Shown in pieces: positions 52,256-62,502 of a DNA stretch of 64,000 nucleotides. Source of the DNA: Vulcanimicrobiota bacterium (lineage in GTDB: Bacteria > Vulcanimicrobiota > Xenobia > Xenobiales > JADMJV01). How positions within the stretch are numbered: the stretch's first letter is position 1; every line of letters begins with the position of its first letter. A program made the translations under genes and the position numbers. The DNA lies in assembly GCA_050250895.1 (NCBI GenBank), contig JBFWNU010000007.1, positions 96,001 through 160,000 of the forward strand, read 5' to 3'. A model generated the notes under the pieces. It made no database searches and was not told where the DNA came from. It saw only the letters and a list, made by a program, of their open reading frames with translations.

Positions 52256-53854
52256 ATGGACTCTCGGCTCGTGATCCTGCTGGTGCTGAGCCTGGCTATC
52301 GCCTGCCACCGCCCATCTGGCCCGTCGCCCAGGATAGACCACCACTACAGCCGTGAGCCGGCCAACCTGCGCATGCTCGTCGATCAGGTCCACGCCCATC
52401 CCATGGAATATCCGTCCGGGCTCGATAAGACCCACTACGGCTACTATGAAGTTTCGAACTGGGACCGCCTGCTCACCCATCTGGGCCGGCTGGGAGTGTC
52501 GTCGGACGTGTTGCTGGAAGGTCGGATCACGACCCAGTTGCTGGCGGACTATCAACTGTTCTATCTCTTCTTTCCCTCCCAGCCGGCACCAGCGCTTGAC
52601 CCCGACGAGCTAGCTGCCCTCGAGAGCTGGGTTCGGAATGGAGGCGGGTTGTTCGTGGTCGGCGAGCACAGCAACGCCAATCAGAACGCCCAGCGGCTCA
52701 ACCCGTTGCTGCAGAGATTCGGTATGAAGCTTTCCTACGCCACTCTGGTCGATGCCCAGGCGACCTTTGCGTTTGGAGGCTGGGATAAGCAGCGAGCCCT
52801 GATGGAGCACCCGGTCACCCGGGGGGTTCGCGCCCTGGCGGTGGTCTCGGCGGGGTCCATCGACCTCGAGCCTGCTCATCCCGACCACCCCCGGGCCCTG
52901 GCCTTGAGTAGCCCCTCGGCCTTCCTCGATAGCTGGGACCCTAAAGCTCCCGAGGCCGGCTACTCGGGCAACCTCCTTCGTGATGACGGCGAGCCGCAGG
53001 GCCAGTTTGCGGCCCTGGCGGCGGCCACGCCGGGGCGCGGTCGGGTCGTGGTGGTGGCCGACCACAACGCTTTCTCTAACGTCTTTCTCTATTACGGTGA
53101 CAACCTGACCCTGGCCGCTCAGGGATTTGCCTGGTTGGCGGCCGGAGCTTTACCTCTGCCATCTCGAGATGACGGCGGTGCCGAGACCTTTTCGCTATTG
53201 ATGCCCGAGACGACCATGCCCAGCGATGTGATGACTCCTCATAGTTTCGAGCATGGCCTGGCGGCGACCAGTTTCTTCACCTTCTACACCGCCCTCAATC
53301 GCCATCCCCAGGTGAGGGTGCACTGCACCGAGTGGCTCGAGGGTCGCTATTCGGCCATCTTGCTTTGTCCTCAGAAGGGCCGTTTCACCAGCGCCTACCT
53401 CGATTACCTGGAGCGGGCTCGGCAACAGGGGACGACCGTGATCGTGATGGTCGACCAGCCGTTAGGGCAGGGCACGCTGCAGGTGCTCGAGCGATTGGCC
53501 GTTGCGACCCCAGGACCGGCGGCCCCGGGGCACGAGCCGGTCAAGCTGCGCGTGGGCCCGCGCGAGCTGGGGATGACCGAAGTCGCTTACCTTGGTTGGG
53601 CTGGCCTTGAAGGCCAGCCGGTGGTCGAACTGCACGGCTCGGCGGGGGTTGTTCCGGTAGTGGTCCAGGCGGCCCCTGGCGTGCAGCTGTTCTTGCAGCC
53701 GCGCATGGTTCGCAACGACGCCTTTCGCACAGCCCACGGTGGAGTGCTGGGAACGGGGCCTCTCAAGCCTGCCGACATGGTCGTTTTCGAGACCGTATGG
53801 GCCTGGCTCGATACCCTGGTGGCCAAGGAAAAATCCCTACCGGCAAGCCGATAG
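52256..53854 (+). CDS. Lipoprotein with GATase-like (DUF4350/GldG-type) domains
   Basis: Lipobox AIAC; ELAALESWVRNGGGLFVVGEH, LNPLLQRFGM, GRGRVVVVAD. Confidence 0.65.
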   Translation: MDSRLVILLVLSLAIACHRPSGPSPRIDHHYSREPANLRMLVDQVHAHPMEYPSGLDKTHYGYYEVSNWDRLLTHLGRLGVSSDVLLEGRITTQLLADYQLFYLFFPSQPAPALDPDELAALESWVRNGGGLFVVGEHSNANQNAQRLNPLLQRFGMKLSYATLVDAQATFAFGGWDKQRALMEHPVTRGVRALAVVSAGSIDLEPAHPDHPRALALSSPSAFLDSWDPKAPEAGYSGNLLRDDGEPQGQFAALAAATPGRGRVVVVADHNAFSNVFLYYGDNLTLAAQGFAWLAAGALPLPSRDDGGAETFSLLMPETTMPSDVMTPHSFEHGLAATSFFTFYTALNRHPQVRVHCTEWLEGRYSAILLCPQKGRFTSAYLDYLERARQQGTTVIVMVDQPLGQGTLQVLERLAVATPGPAAPGHEPVKLRVGPRELGMTEVAYLGWAGLEGQPVVELHGSAGVVPVVVQAAPGVQLFLQPRMVRNDAFRTAHGGVLGTGPLKPADMVVFETVWAWLDTLVAKEKSLPASR

Positions 53855-53879
53855 GGATTCTGAGTCGATTTCTGATAGT

Positions 53880-55052
53880 TTAGTTGACGGCCTGATAGAT
53901 GAGGTAGCCGGCACCGGCGGCGACGCCCGCGGCCACCACTCCCGAGATCACCGGGTGTTCTTTGATGAAGCCGCCGACTTCGCCCATGCCGTCTTTGCTC
54001 GAGTCGATGGCCTGGCCAACCCAGCCAGCCACGGTGTCGGGCACGCCGGCCTGATTGAGCAGCACCCCGGTGGCCACGCCGCCGGCCATCACCATCGAGG
54101 TTGCGACGATGGGGTGGTCATAGGCCCAGGCGGTGACGTCTTGCCGCACCTGATCGGCGCTGCGGCCCGTCTGGGCGGCGTAATCTTTGATTTTTTCGGT
54201 CAGGGTGCGATTGACCTCGGCGGCCTTGGCCTGAGGGTCACCCTCGTGGGACTGCAACTGGGTTTCGAGGTCGCTAAAGGTCTTCTCCATCGCTTCGGCG
54301 GCTTCACCGGTAGGCTTCTGCGGGATGGCGGCCTGAGGAGCGATAAAGTTGTCATAAATCAGATACGCGCTGACGGCGGTCACAGCTACGATGCCGGCCG
54401 TTTCCCAGGGGTGGGTCTTGATCCATTGGCCCAGGTCACCGAGCGATTCGCCAACCTGGTCGGTCACTCCGAAGCGGTCGAGTCCGATGCCGATGGCGGT
54501 GCCGGTGGTCACGGCCACGGCCACGGCCACCTTGGGGTGCTCGCGAATGACGTTGGCCAGGTCGTTGATGAGGGCCTGGCCCTTCTGGCCGGTCGCCCGC
54601 GAGTAGTCGGCAATGGCGCGGATGGCCTGGCCGGTGAAGGCTTCGACATCGCCCTCGCCGGCTTTGGCTTCATTCATCGTCTTTTCCAGGTCGTTGAGGG
54701 TGTTGCTCAAAGCTTCTTTGGCTTCACTGTTCTGGGTGACGCCGGTGGTGGTGCCCGGCTGCTGGCTACAGCCAGCCAGGGCGCCGACCCCGATCACGCC
54801 AACCATGGCCAGGCCGACGCCGCGCATCCAACTGGAAAGCCCGGCCTGGCGGCCCTGTCCGGTCTCGGCGGTGGGCTCGAGGCTCGGTTTTTCAGAACTG
54901 ATTCCAGCCAGCGGCGAGTAGATGCCGGGGGCTGCGGTATGACTGAGAGCCAGGCCGTCGGTGGGCGGCTGGCCTTCAGGGGCAGCCGGGCTGGCAGCGG
55001 CGCGAAATGGCAGGGCTGCGACGGTCTTGCTGGTCAGGGCGTTGGCTTGCAT
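53880..55052 (-). CDS. Hypothetical protein with four ElaB/YqjD-like HP + Gly-rich hydrophobic repeats
   Basis: EHPKVAVAVAV, THPWETAGIVAV, DHPIVATSMVMA, EHPVISGVVAAG; ATG 55052 with GGAG. Confidence 0.75.
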   Translation of the reverse strand: MQANALTSKTVAALPFRAAASPAAPEGQPPTDGLALSHTAAPGIYSPLAGISSEKPSLEPTAETGQGRQAGLSSWMRGVGLAMVGVIGVGALAGCSQQPGTTTGVTQNSEAKEALSNTLNDLEKTMNEAKAGEGDVEAFTGQAIRAIADYSRATGQKGQALINDLANVIREHPKVAVAVAVTTGTAIGIGLDRFGVTDQVGESLGDLGQWIKTHPWETAGIVAVTAVSAYLIYDNFIAPQAAIPQKPTGEAAEAMEKTFSDLETQLQSHEGDPQAKAAEVNRTLTEKIKDYAAQTGRSADQVRQDVTAWAYDHPIVATSMVMAGGVATGVLLNQAGVPDTVAGWVGQAIDSSKDGMGEVGGFIKEHPVISGVVAAGVAAGAGYLIYQAVN

Positions 55053-55170
55053 TGTGATCTCTCCATCTATAGTGTCCGACCATAACATATCCCCCCCGGC
55101 TGAAAGAATCGTGAAAGAGGAGATTCGCTATGCCCGCCAAAGACGCGCGGCGATATAGCAAGGAGGTAGT

Positions 55171-56235
55171 GTGCATCGAATCGCGGTTTTGGCAGGGGAC
55201 GGTATCGGGCCGGAGGTGTGCGTTCAGGGCTTGAGAGTGCTCGAACGAGCGGCAGAGTTGGCGGGCTTTTCCTACGAGACGGTGGAGTATCCCTTCGGGG
55301 CCGAGCACTACCTGGCGACAGGCGACCTTTTTCCCCAGTCGGCCTTCGAAGAAATCAGTCGCTGCGACGCTATCTTCCTGGGAGCCATCGGCGACCCGCG
55401 CTGCCCACCGGGCTTGTTGGAGCGGGGCATCGTGGCCAAATTGCGCTTCGAACTCGATCTCTACGTCAACTTGCGCCCCATCAAGCTGTTCGCCGAGCAC
55501 GTCTGTCCGCTCAAGGACAAGACGTGTGCCGATGTCGATATGTTGGTGGTCCGCGAGAATACCGAAGGGGAATATCTGGCGCTGGGCGGGTTCGTTCGCA
55601 AAGGAACTCCCCACGAGATCGCCACCCTCGAGTGTCTCTACACTCGCATGGGGGTCGAGCGCGTCATTCGGTATGCCTTCGAGCAAGCCCGTTTGCGACC
55701 GCGCAAGAAGCTGACCCTGGTCGACAAGGTCAACGCCATTCCGGCTCACGACCTGTGGCGCCGAACCTTCGCCGAGGTAGCCCAGGAGTACCCCGATATT
55801 GAAACCGATGGGGCCTATGTCGATGCGGCCGCCATGTGGATGGTCAAGAACCCCGAGTGGTTTGACGTGGTGGTGACGCCCAATCTCTTCGGCGACATTC
55901 TCACCGACCTGGGGGCCACCATCCAGGGCGGCATGGGCCTGGCCGCCTCGGGCAATCTGCACCCCGGCAAAGTGTCGATGTTCGAGCCTATCCACGGCTC
56001 GGCGCCGCGCCACGCCGGTAAAAACATCGCCAACCCTCTGGCGGCCATTCTAGCTGCCGCCATGATGTGCGAGCACCTGGGCCATGCCGGGGCTGCCCGC
56101 CTGATCGAAGGCGCCGTGCAGAACCTTTTCGACCAGAAGATTCTCACCGACCTGTCCACCAGCAGCGGTCGCAAGACTACCGAGATCGGGGACCTGGTCC
56201 TCGAGCAACTGACCAAACAGCCGTTGCCGGCTTGA
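55171..56235 (+). CDS. leuB: 3-isopropylmalate dehydrogenase family enzyme
   Basis: GDGIGPEV, LYVNLRP, VRENTEG, LVDKVN, NLFGDILTDLG, MFEPIHGSAP, IANP. Confidence 0.82.
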   Translation: MHRIAVLAGDGIGPEVCVQGLRVLERAAELAGFSYETVEYPFGAEHYLATGDLFPQSAFEEISRCDAIFLGAIGDPRCPPGLLERGIVAKLRFELDLYVNLRPIKLFAEHVCPLKDKTCADVDMLVVRENTEGEYLALGGFVRKGTPHEIATLECLYTRMGVERVIRYAFEQARLRPRKKLTLVDKVNAIPAHDLWRRTFAEVAQEYPDIETDGAYVDAAAMWMVKNPEWFDVVVTPNLFGDILTDLGATIQGGMGLAASGNLHPGKVSMFEPIHGSAPRHAGKNIANPLAAILAAAMMCEHLGHAGAARLIEGAVQNLFDQKILTDLSTSSGRKTTEIGDLVLEQLTKQPLPA

Positions 56236-56254
56236 TCTTTTTTGGAGGAAGACT

Positions 56255-57172
56255 GTGAGCGTGCAAGCACCCGCTAAAGTGCAAGTGAAGACTATCGCCG
56301 TAATCGGCTCGGGCACCATGGGCTCGGGAATCGCCCAGGTGGCGGCCGCCGCCGGCTATGAAACCATCGTCAACGATGTCGACCAGAAGTTTCTTGACCG
56401 CTGTCTGGGCGGCATCGAGAAGAGCCTCGACAAGTTCGTCTCGAAAGGCAAGTTGAGCGCCGACGACAAGAACGCCACCATGGGTCGGCTCAACGGTACC
56501 ACCGATCTCTCAGCGGTGGCCGGTGCCGACCTGGTCATCGAGGCCGTGACCGAGAAGATCGAGGTCAAACGCGACCTCTTTGGACGGCTCGATGAGTTGT
56601 GCAAACCCGAGACAATGCTGGCCACCAACACCTCGTCGCTGTCGGTCACCGAGATGGCCCAGTGCACCAAACGGGGTCAGCAGGTGGTGGGGATGCATTT
56701 TTTCAATCCGCCGGCCCTGATGAAGCTGGTCGAAGTGGTGCGTACACCGCTCACGTCGGACGCGACCTTCGCGGCCGCCTGGGAGGTGGCCGAGAAGATG
56801 GGTAAGGCTCCCATTGAAACCCGCGACACGCCGGGCTTCATCTTTAATCGCCTGATCATCCCTTATCTCAATGAGGCCATTTGGGCGGTAGCCGAGGGAG
56901 TGGGCAAGGTCGACGACATCGACCGGGCCATGAAGCTGGGTGGCAACATGCCCATCGGTCCGCTGGCCCTGCTCGACCTTATCGGCATCGATGTGCAGTT
57001 GCACGCGTGCTCGGCCCTGCATCGCGAGTTCGGTGATCCCAAATTTCGGGTCTGCCCCCTGACCACCCAGATGGTCCGGGCCGGCTACCACGGTCGCAAG
57101 ACCGGCATCGGCTTTTATGACTACAAGAACGATCCGCCCACCCCGGTGGGTCTTTCCATCTTCAAATTCTAA
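56255..57172 (+). CDS. hbd: 3-hydroxybutyryl-CoA dehydrogenase
   Basis: GSGTMGSGIAQ, VIEAVTE, TNTSSLS, GMHFFNP, PGFIFNR, GRKTGIGFYDY. Confidence 0.92.
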   Translation: MSVQAPAKVQVKTIAVIGSGTMGSGIAQVAAAAGYETIVNDVDQKFLDRCLGGIEKSLDKFVSKGKLSADDKNATMGRLNGTTDLSAVAGADLVIEAVTEKIEVKRDLFGRLDELCKPETMLATNTSSLSVTEMAQCTKRGQQVVGMHFFNPPALMKLVEVVRTPLTSDATFAAAWEVAEKMGKAPIETRDTPGFIFNRLIIPYLNEAIWAVAEGVGKVDDIDRAMKLGGNMPIGPLALLDLIGIDVQLHACSALHREFGDPKFRVCPLTTQMVRAGYHGRKTGIGFYDYKNDPPTPVGLSIFKF

Positions 57173-57183
57173 GAGGAGGCCCT

Positions 57184-57981
57184 ATGCGGGGTGTCAACCA
57201 GAGTTACGAGAATCTGATTCTGTGCTTCGAAGACGGCCTGGCCGTGATGGTCATCAACCGTCCCAAGGCGCTCAACGCTCTCAATAGTTCGCTCATCGAG
57301 CAGATGAGCAAGGCCCTCGACGAGATCGAGGCCGACAAGAAGAATCGTGTTCTTCTGATCACCGGTTCAGGCGACAAGGCCTTCGTGGCCGGTGCCGACA
57401 TCTCTCAGCTAAAAGGGCTCAGTCAGCGGCAGGGTCAGGCTGCCTCGAAAAAGGGCCAGAAGCTGTTTGATCGCATCGAGAACTCTCGGCTGTTCTCGAT
57501 TGCGGCTGTCAACGGATTCGCTCTGGGCGGCGGGTTGGAGCTGGCCCTGGCTTGCGACATGCGAGTAGCCAGCAACAACGCCACCGTGGGTCTGCCCGAA
57601 GTGGGTCTGGGAATCATTCCCGGCTATGGGGGCACCCAGCGCTTGCCGCGCCTGGTGGGCAAAGGGCGGGCTCTCGAGCTGATCGCGACCGGCCGCAAGA
57701 TCGACGCGGGCCACGCCTGGCGTATCGGTCTGGTCAACCACGTGGTGCCCCCCGAGCAGTTGCTCGACACCTGCCGCGGCATTGCCCGCGAAGTGCTGGC
57801 GGCGGCTCCCCTGGCCGTCGAAGCAGCCAAGACATGCGTCAACAAGGGTCTGGCCAAAGGTCAGACCGAGGGTCAAAAGTCCGAGTCGCGCGAGTTCGGT
57901 TTGCTCTGTCTCACCGATGACGTCAGCGAAGGGATGGGAGCCTTTCTCGAGAAGCGCCGACCCGTCTTCCAGGGAAGTTAG
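57184..57981 (+). CDS. crt: Enoyl-CoA hydratase (crotonase)
   Basis: NRPKALNALN, AFVAGADI, GFALGGGLELALACD, PEVGLGIIPGYGGTQRL. Confidence 0.9.
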   Translation: MRGVNQSYENLILCFEDGLAVMVINRPKALNALNSSLIEQMSKALDEIEADKKNRVLLITGSGDKAFVAGADISQLKGLSQRQGQAASKKGQKLFDRIENSRLFSIAAVNGFALGGGLELALACDMRVASNNATVGLPEVGLGIIPGYGGTQRLPRLVGKGRALELIATGRKIDAGHAWRIGLVNHVVPPEQLLDTCRGIAREVLAAAPLAVEAAKTCVNKGLAKGQTEGQKSESREFGLLCLTDDVSEGMGAFLEKRRPVFQGS

Positions 57982-57989
57982 GAGAAAAT

Positions 57990-59180
57990 ATGCTAGATAA
58001 AGAAATCGTAATCGTCGGTGGAGCTCGCACCCCTTTTGGTAAGTTTGGCGGCGGGCTCAAGGATTTGACGGCCACCGATCTGGCCTATCTGGCCTCGAAA
58101 GAGGCGCTCCATCGTAGCGCCGTCAAACCTGAAGAGATCGACCACGTCATCTTCGGCAACGTGATGCAGACTTCGGCCGATGCGCCCTATCTCGCTCGCC
58201 ATGTGGGTCTGCGTTGCGAGGTGCCGATTCCGGTTCCGGCTTACATCGTCAACCGTCTCTGCGGCTCGGGTTTTCAGGCCGTCATCAACGGGGCCCAGGA
58301 GATTTTGTTGGGCAACGCCGATGAGGTGTTGGTGGGCGGGACCGAAGCCATGAGCATGGCCCCCCACAACGTCCGCGGTGCTCGCTGGGGTCTCAAGCTG
58401 GGTCAGGCTCCCATGGAAGATTCTTTGTGGGCCACCCTCACCGACAGCTACTGCGGCGCTTCCATGGCCATGACGGCCGAGAACCTGGCCGCCCAGTACG
58501 AGGTCAGCCGCGAAGAGGCCGACGAGTATGCCTATCGCAGCCATATGCTGGCTCACCAGGCCTGGGAAGAAGGCCACATGCAAGAAGAGGTGGTGGCCGT
58601 GGAAGTGCCCGGCAAGAAGGGCATGGTCCGCATCGAGCGCGACGAGCATATCCGCCCCGAGACCAACCTCGAGTCGCTGGCCAAACTCAAACCCGTCTTC
58701 AAGATGGACGGCCAGGTCACGGCCGCCAACTCTTCGGGCATCAACGACGGCGCGGCCGCCCTGGTGCTGACCACGGCTGCCTCGGCCAAATCGCGTGAGG
58801 TCAAGCCGCTGGGCCGCCTGATTGCCTGGGCCGTCAAAGGGGTTCAGCCCGACATCATGGGCATCGGCCCCGCGCCAGCCAGCCGCGAAGCTCTGCATCG
58901 CGCCGGGCTCAAGCTCGAGGAGATGGACCTGGTCGAGGTCAACGAGGCTTTCGCTTCGCAGTATCTGGCCGTCGAGCGTGAACTGGGTCTGGTGCGCGAG
59001 AAGACCAACATCAACGGCGGAGCCATCGCGCTGGGCCATCCTCTGGGGGCCTCCGGAGCCCGTATCACCCTGAGTTTGCTCTATTCGTTGCGGCGGCACA
59101 AGCTGCGCTACGGATTGGCTTCGGCTTGCATCGGTGGCGGGCAAGGCATCGCTCTCATCGTCGAATCGTTCAACCACTAG
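57990..59180 (+). CDS. Acetyl-CoA acyltransferase (thiolase)
   Basis: [32 protein letters not shown]. Confidence 0.95.
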   Translation: MLDKEIVIVGGARTPFGKFGGGLKDLTATDLAYLASKEALHRSAVKPEEIDHVIFGNVMQTSADAPYLARHVGLRCEVPIPVPAYIVNRLCGSGFQAVINGAQEILLGNADEVLVGGTEAMSMAPHNVRGARWGLKLGQAPMEDSLWATLTDSYCGASMAMTAENLAAQYEVSREEADEYAYRSHMLAHQAWEEGHMQEEVVAVEVPGKKGMVRIERDEHIRPETNLESLAKLKPVFKMDGQVTAANSSGINDGAAALVLTTAASAKSREVKPLGRLIAWAVKGVQPDIMGIGPAPASREALHRAGLKLEEMDLVEVNEAFASQYLAVERELGLVREKTNINGGAIALGHPLGASGARITLSLLYSLRRHKLRYGLASACIGGGQGIALIVESFNH

Positions 59181-59181
59181 C

Positions 59182-60369
59182 GTGCTCAGCGTCGCTGATG
59201 CGCTGACTCGTATTCTGGCGGTCGTCGAGCCCTTGCCGACGGCCGCCGTGCCTTTGGACGAGGCTCTGGGTCTGGTCCTGGCCGAGCCGATGATCGCCAG
59301 CCGCGCCGAGCCGTCGTTTGACAACTCGGCCGTGGATGGCTTTGCCGTACGCAGCGAGGATGTGGTCGAGGCTCCGGTCCGCCTGGAGATCATCGAAGAG
59401 ATCCCGGCTGGAGTCGTGCCCCAGAAGAGCCTCGGGCCGGGTCAGGCCAGCCGAATCATGACCGGTGCCATGCTGCCGGCTGGGGCCGACGCTTCGGTGA
59501 TGGTCGAACAGACCGAAGACCACGGTCCGAGCGTCACCATCGGGGCCGGCGTGGTGGCCGGCGAGAACGTGCGCCGAGCCGGCGAACACCTCGAGGTGGG
59601 CGAAGAAGTGGTGGCCGCCGGCCGCGCTCTCGATCCCGCCTGCCTGGGCATGGCTGCCAACCTGGGGTTGGCCGAGTTACCTTGTGTGCGTCGCGCCAGA
59701 GTGGCCGTGCTCACCACTGGCGATGAACTGGTCGAGCCAGGCCGACCGTTGGCCCCGGGTCAGATTTACAACAGCAACAGCTATGCCCTGCGGGCTCAAC
59801 TGCGCCGCCTGGGGGCGGAGGTGGTGAATCTGGGCATCGGTCGCGACGACCCCGAGCAGCTGGAATCGCTGCTGGCCGGGGCACTGCCCCAGGTGGACGC
59901 CATCATCACTTCGGCCGGGGTTTCGATGGGCAAGCACGACTACGTCCTCAGGGTGCTCGAGAAGCTGGGCGGAGAGCTCAACTTCTGGAAGCTCAAGATG
60001 CGACCTGGCAAGCCCCTGGCCTTTGGAACCCTGGGCAAGATCCCGTTGTTTGGTCTGCCCGGCAATCCTGTCTCGAGCATGGTCGGCTTCGAACTGTTCG
60101 TGCGCCCGGCCCTGGCGCGCATGATGGGGCTCGACTGGCAACCCGAAAAGGTTCAGGTACGCCTGGGCGAGACCCTGACCAAGCGCGATGGCTTTGCCTT
60201 CTTCTTCCGGGGTGTGGTCCAAGACGGTCTGGTCTGGTCGACCGGCCCCCAGGGGTCGCACATGCTAAAATCCATGACCGAGGCCGATGGTCTCATCGAA
60301 CTGCCCGAGGAGGGTTCTCATTTTGCCGTGGGCACACCCGTCACGGTGCGTCTTTTCGACTGGCGATGA
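59182..60369 (+). CDS. moeA: Molybdopterin molybdotransferase
   Basis: [36 protein letters not shown]. Confidence 0.95.
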   Translation: MLSVADALTRILAVVEPLPTAAVPLDEALGLVLAEPMIASRAEPSFDNSAVDGFAVRSEDVVEAPVRLEIIEEIPAGVVPQKSLGPGQASRIMTGAMLPAGADASVMVEQTEDHGPSVTIGAGVVAGENVRRAGEHLEVGEEVVAAGRALDPACLGMAANLGLAELPCVRRARVAVLTTGDELVEPGRPLAPGQIYNSNSYALRAQLRRLGAEVVNLGIGRDDPEQLESLLAGALPQVDAIITSAGVSMGKHDYVLRVLEKLGGELNFWKLKMRPGKPLAFGTLGKIPLFGLPGNPVSSMVGFELFVRPALARMMGLDWQPEKVQVRLGETLTKRDGFAFFFRGVVQDGLVWSTGPQGSHMLKSMTEADGLIELPEEGSHFAVGTPVTVRLFDWR

Positions 60370-61319
60370 CCAATCTCGATCGTCTTGAGCGCGATTTCGC
60401 CGGTTTGGCGGATTATCACCAGGCCCTGGCCACCTACTTCGGTGTCGACCCGACCACCTATCGCAGCCGCATCGAGCAGGGGCTCGAGAGCCATGCCTAC
60501 GAGACCCTGGCCAAGGGTTGCAAGCGCTGGCAAGCGGTGGGCATCTTGCCCGACCTCGAGGTCAAAACCGACGCCCAGGTGGGTGAGGTCTGGACCAATC
60601 TGGTCTTTCAGGTGTTTCTCGATGCGGGGCTGGACTTCTCGCCCCCGGCCGAGGCCGACCTGGCGGCCGAGCTTGCGCCGGCTCTGATGGATTTTTCTGA
60701 CTTGCGCCAGCGACGCAACCAGCGTCTGCTCGAGCTCAAAGGTGGGGCCCCTTACTGGCGCTCGGTGATCGGCTTTCACGCCCATGAGCTGTATCTCGAG
60801 CCATTTCTGCTGGGCGGATCCCTGCTAGGATGCGACCTGGCTTGTGGCTGGGGCCGGGCCAGTCTGACCATGACCAACTGGCGCGACCGCCGGGTGTTGG
60901 GAATCGACCTCTCCGAAGCCGGGCTGACTCGGTATCGCGAACTGGCCGAGCGCCGGGGGGTGGGAGGGCAGGTCGACACCCGGGTGGGCAGCCTCGAGGC
61001 TCTACCCTTGGATGACGCCAGTGTAGACTTCTTCTTCGCCTTCGATATCTTCGAGCACATGACCGATGAATTGCTCGCTCGCGTGTTGCGCGAGATTCTT
61101 CGCTGCGCCAAGGATTGCGCCGTGCTTTATGCCGAGATCCCTCTGTTGGCCTTTTGCCCGCCTCTGACGCATCTGCAGAATTTCACTATCGAATCGGTGG
61201 TCGAGCGCTTTCACGCCACCGAGGCTCACGGTCGCACCTTTCGCGTGCTGCAATACCATCCCGAGGTCAGCGACCAATTTACCTTTTGGATGGGTCCGAC
61301 CTCGCTGCTGGGCGGGTAG
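60366..61319 (+). CDS. Class I SAM-dependent methyltransferase
   Basis: [24 protein letters not shown]. Confidence 0.82.
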   Translation: MTNLDRLERDFAGLADYHQALATYFGVDPTTYRSRIEQGLESHAYETLAKGCKRWQAVGILPDLEVKTDAQVGEVWTNLVFQVFLDAGLDFSPPAEADLAAELAPALMDFSDLRQRRNQRLLELKGGAPYWRSVIGFHAHELYLEPFLLGGSLLGCDLACGWGRASLTMTNWRDRRVLGIDLSEAGLTRYRELAERRGVGGQVDTRVGSLEALPLDDASVDFFFAFDIFEHMTDELLARVLREILRCAKDCAVLYAEIPLLAFCPPLTHLQNFTIESVVERFHATEAHGRTFRVLQYHPEVSDQFTFWMGPTSLLGG

Positions 61320-61347
61320 GTCGGGTGCCGAGCCCGAAGGCGGGCCC

Positions 61348-61773
61348 ATGCGATTCGTAGTGGTATTTCTGCTTCTCGGCTTGCCTTGTCTGGCCCAGAC
61401 CAGCGAATGGGAACGGATCGACCGGACCTATGTGCAAGAGACTGCTCTGCCCGGGGCCGACAAGGTCGGCGACTACGGCCGTAGCCAGATCGGCACCCAC
61501 CCCTTTTGGGAGGTGGTGGCCACGGGCGGGCTCAACGCTCGCATGGGCAAGGGCGACACCGGTCTGGTCAACACCTGGCCCGTGGTGGGCCTGTTTCCTC
61601 AGGGTATGGTTCTGACCGCCTACCGAGGCCCCGACGGCCAGACCGGTCTGCTGGCCGTCTTCGATCGGGACGGCAAGAGTTGGCTTCGGGTGTTGCATCC
61701 AACAGGAGCCGGCTATTGCTACGTCCGGGCTCATAGCGACTATGTGCGGCCGGTGCGGGTCTTGGAAAAGTAA
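61348..61773 (+). CDS. Exported hypothetical protein (possible SH3b-like)
   Basis: Signal peptide; GLNARMG...WLRV...CYVRA. Confidence 0.6.
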   Translation: MRFVVVFLLLGLPCLAQTSEWERIDRTYVQETALPGADKVGDYGRSQIGTHPFWEVVATGGLNARMGKGDTGLVNTWPVVGLFPQGMVLTAYRGPDGQTGLLAVFDRDGKSWLRVLHPTGAGYCYVRAHSDYVRPVRVLEK

Positions 61774-61777
61774 AGTT

Positions 61778-62446
61778 TCATGCTTGAAAGACTGGCTGTT
61801 TCGCCAGCAACTCCTTTCCGACCTGACTTTCGAAGGCTGCCACCAGGGCCTGGGCTCGGGCCGGTGCGTCTTGGGGATGCCTGTCCTGATAGGGTGGCGC
61901 AGGGTAGTATTCCAGACCCAAACCGATGGTTCGAGCAGTCTCGGCTCCGGCCAGCAATTCCACCAGGTAAAGGGCCGCATCCAGGCTGGCCGAGACACCG
62001 GCGCCGGTAAGGTACTTACCCGAGCGGCAATAGCGCGCCTCGACAACCTCCAGGCCGTATTGGGCCAGGCGGCCACGGTAGAACCAGTTGGTGGTGACCC
62101 GTTGGCCCTCGAGCAGGCCGGCCGCGGCCAGCAGGCCGACCCCGTTGCAGATGCCGACCGTCCAGGTCGAGGTGGCGTCGAGCCGGCTCAACTGAGCCAG
62201 CCAGGGGCGGTCGTGCAAGAGGACTTCCACCCCGGGCCCGCCGGGTACATAGAGGATGTCGGTAGCTTGGAGGTGGTCGAGTTGGCGGTAGGCTAGAAGG
62301 CCTAACTGGCGTGTGTCGGCCGCGATGACCCCAGGGTTGGCGGCCACGAATTCGACCTCCAGGCCGGGCAGGCGACTCAAGACCTCGTAGCCACCGACCG
62401 CGTCCAGGGTGGTGAATCCGTCAAAAAGGACGATGCTAAGTCTCAT
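61778..62446 (-). CDS. DJ-1/PfpI family protein
   Basis: DAVGGYEVL, LYVPGG, ICNG nucleophile elbow, TGAGVSA, LEYYPAPP. Confidence 0.9.
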   Translation of the reverse strand: MRLSIVLFDGFTTLDAVGGYEVLSRLPGLEVEFVAANPGVIAADTRQLGLLAYRQLDHLQATDILYVPGGPGVEVLLHDRPWLAQLSRLDATSTWTVGICNGVGLLAAAGLLEGQRVTTNWFYRGRLAQYGLEVVEARYCRSGKYLTGAGVSASLDAALYLVELLAGAETARTIGLGLEYYPAPPYQDRHPQDAPARAQALVAAFESQVGKELLAKQPVFQA

Positions 62447-62502
62447 AGAGCCAGTATGAAGGTCGGCAGGGATTCCTGACCACTGGCGAAATAGACACAG
62501 TT

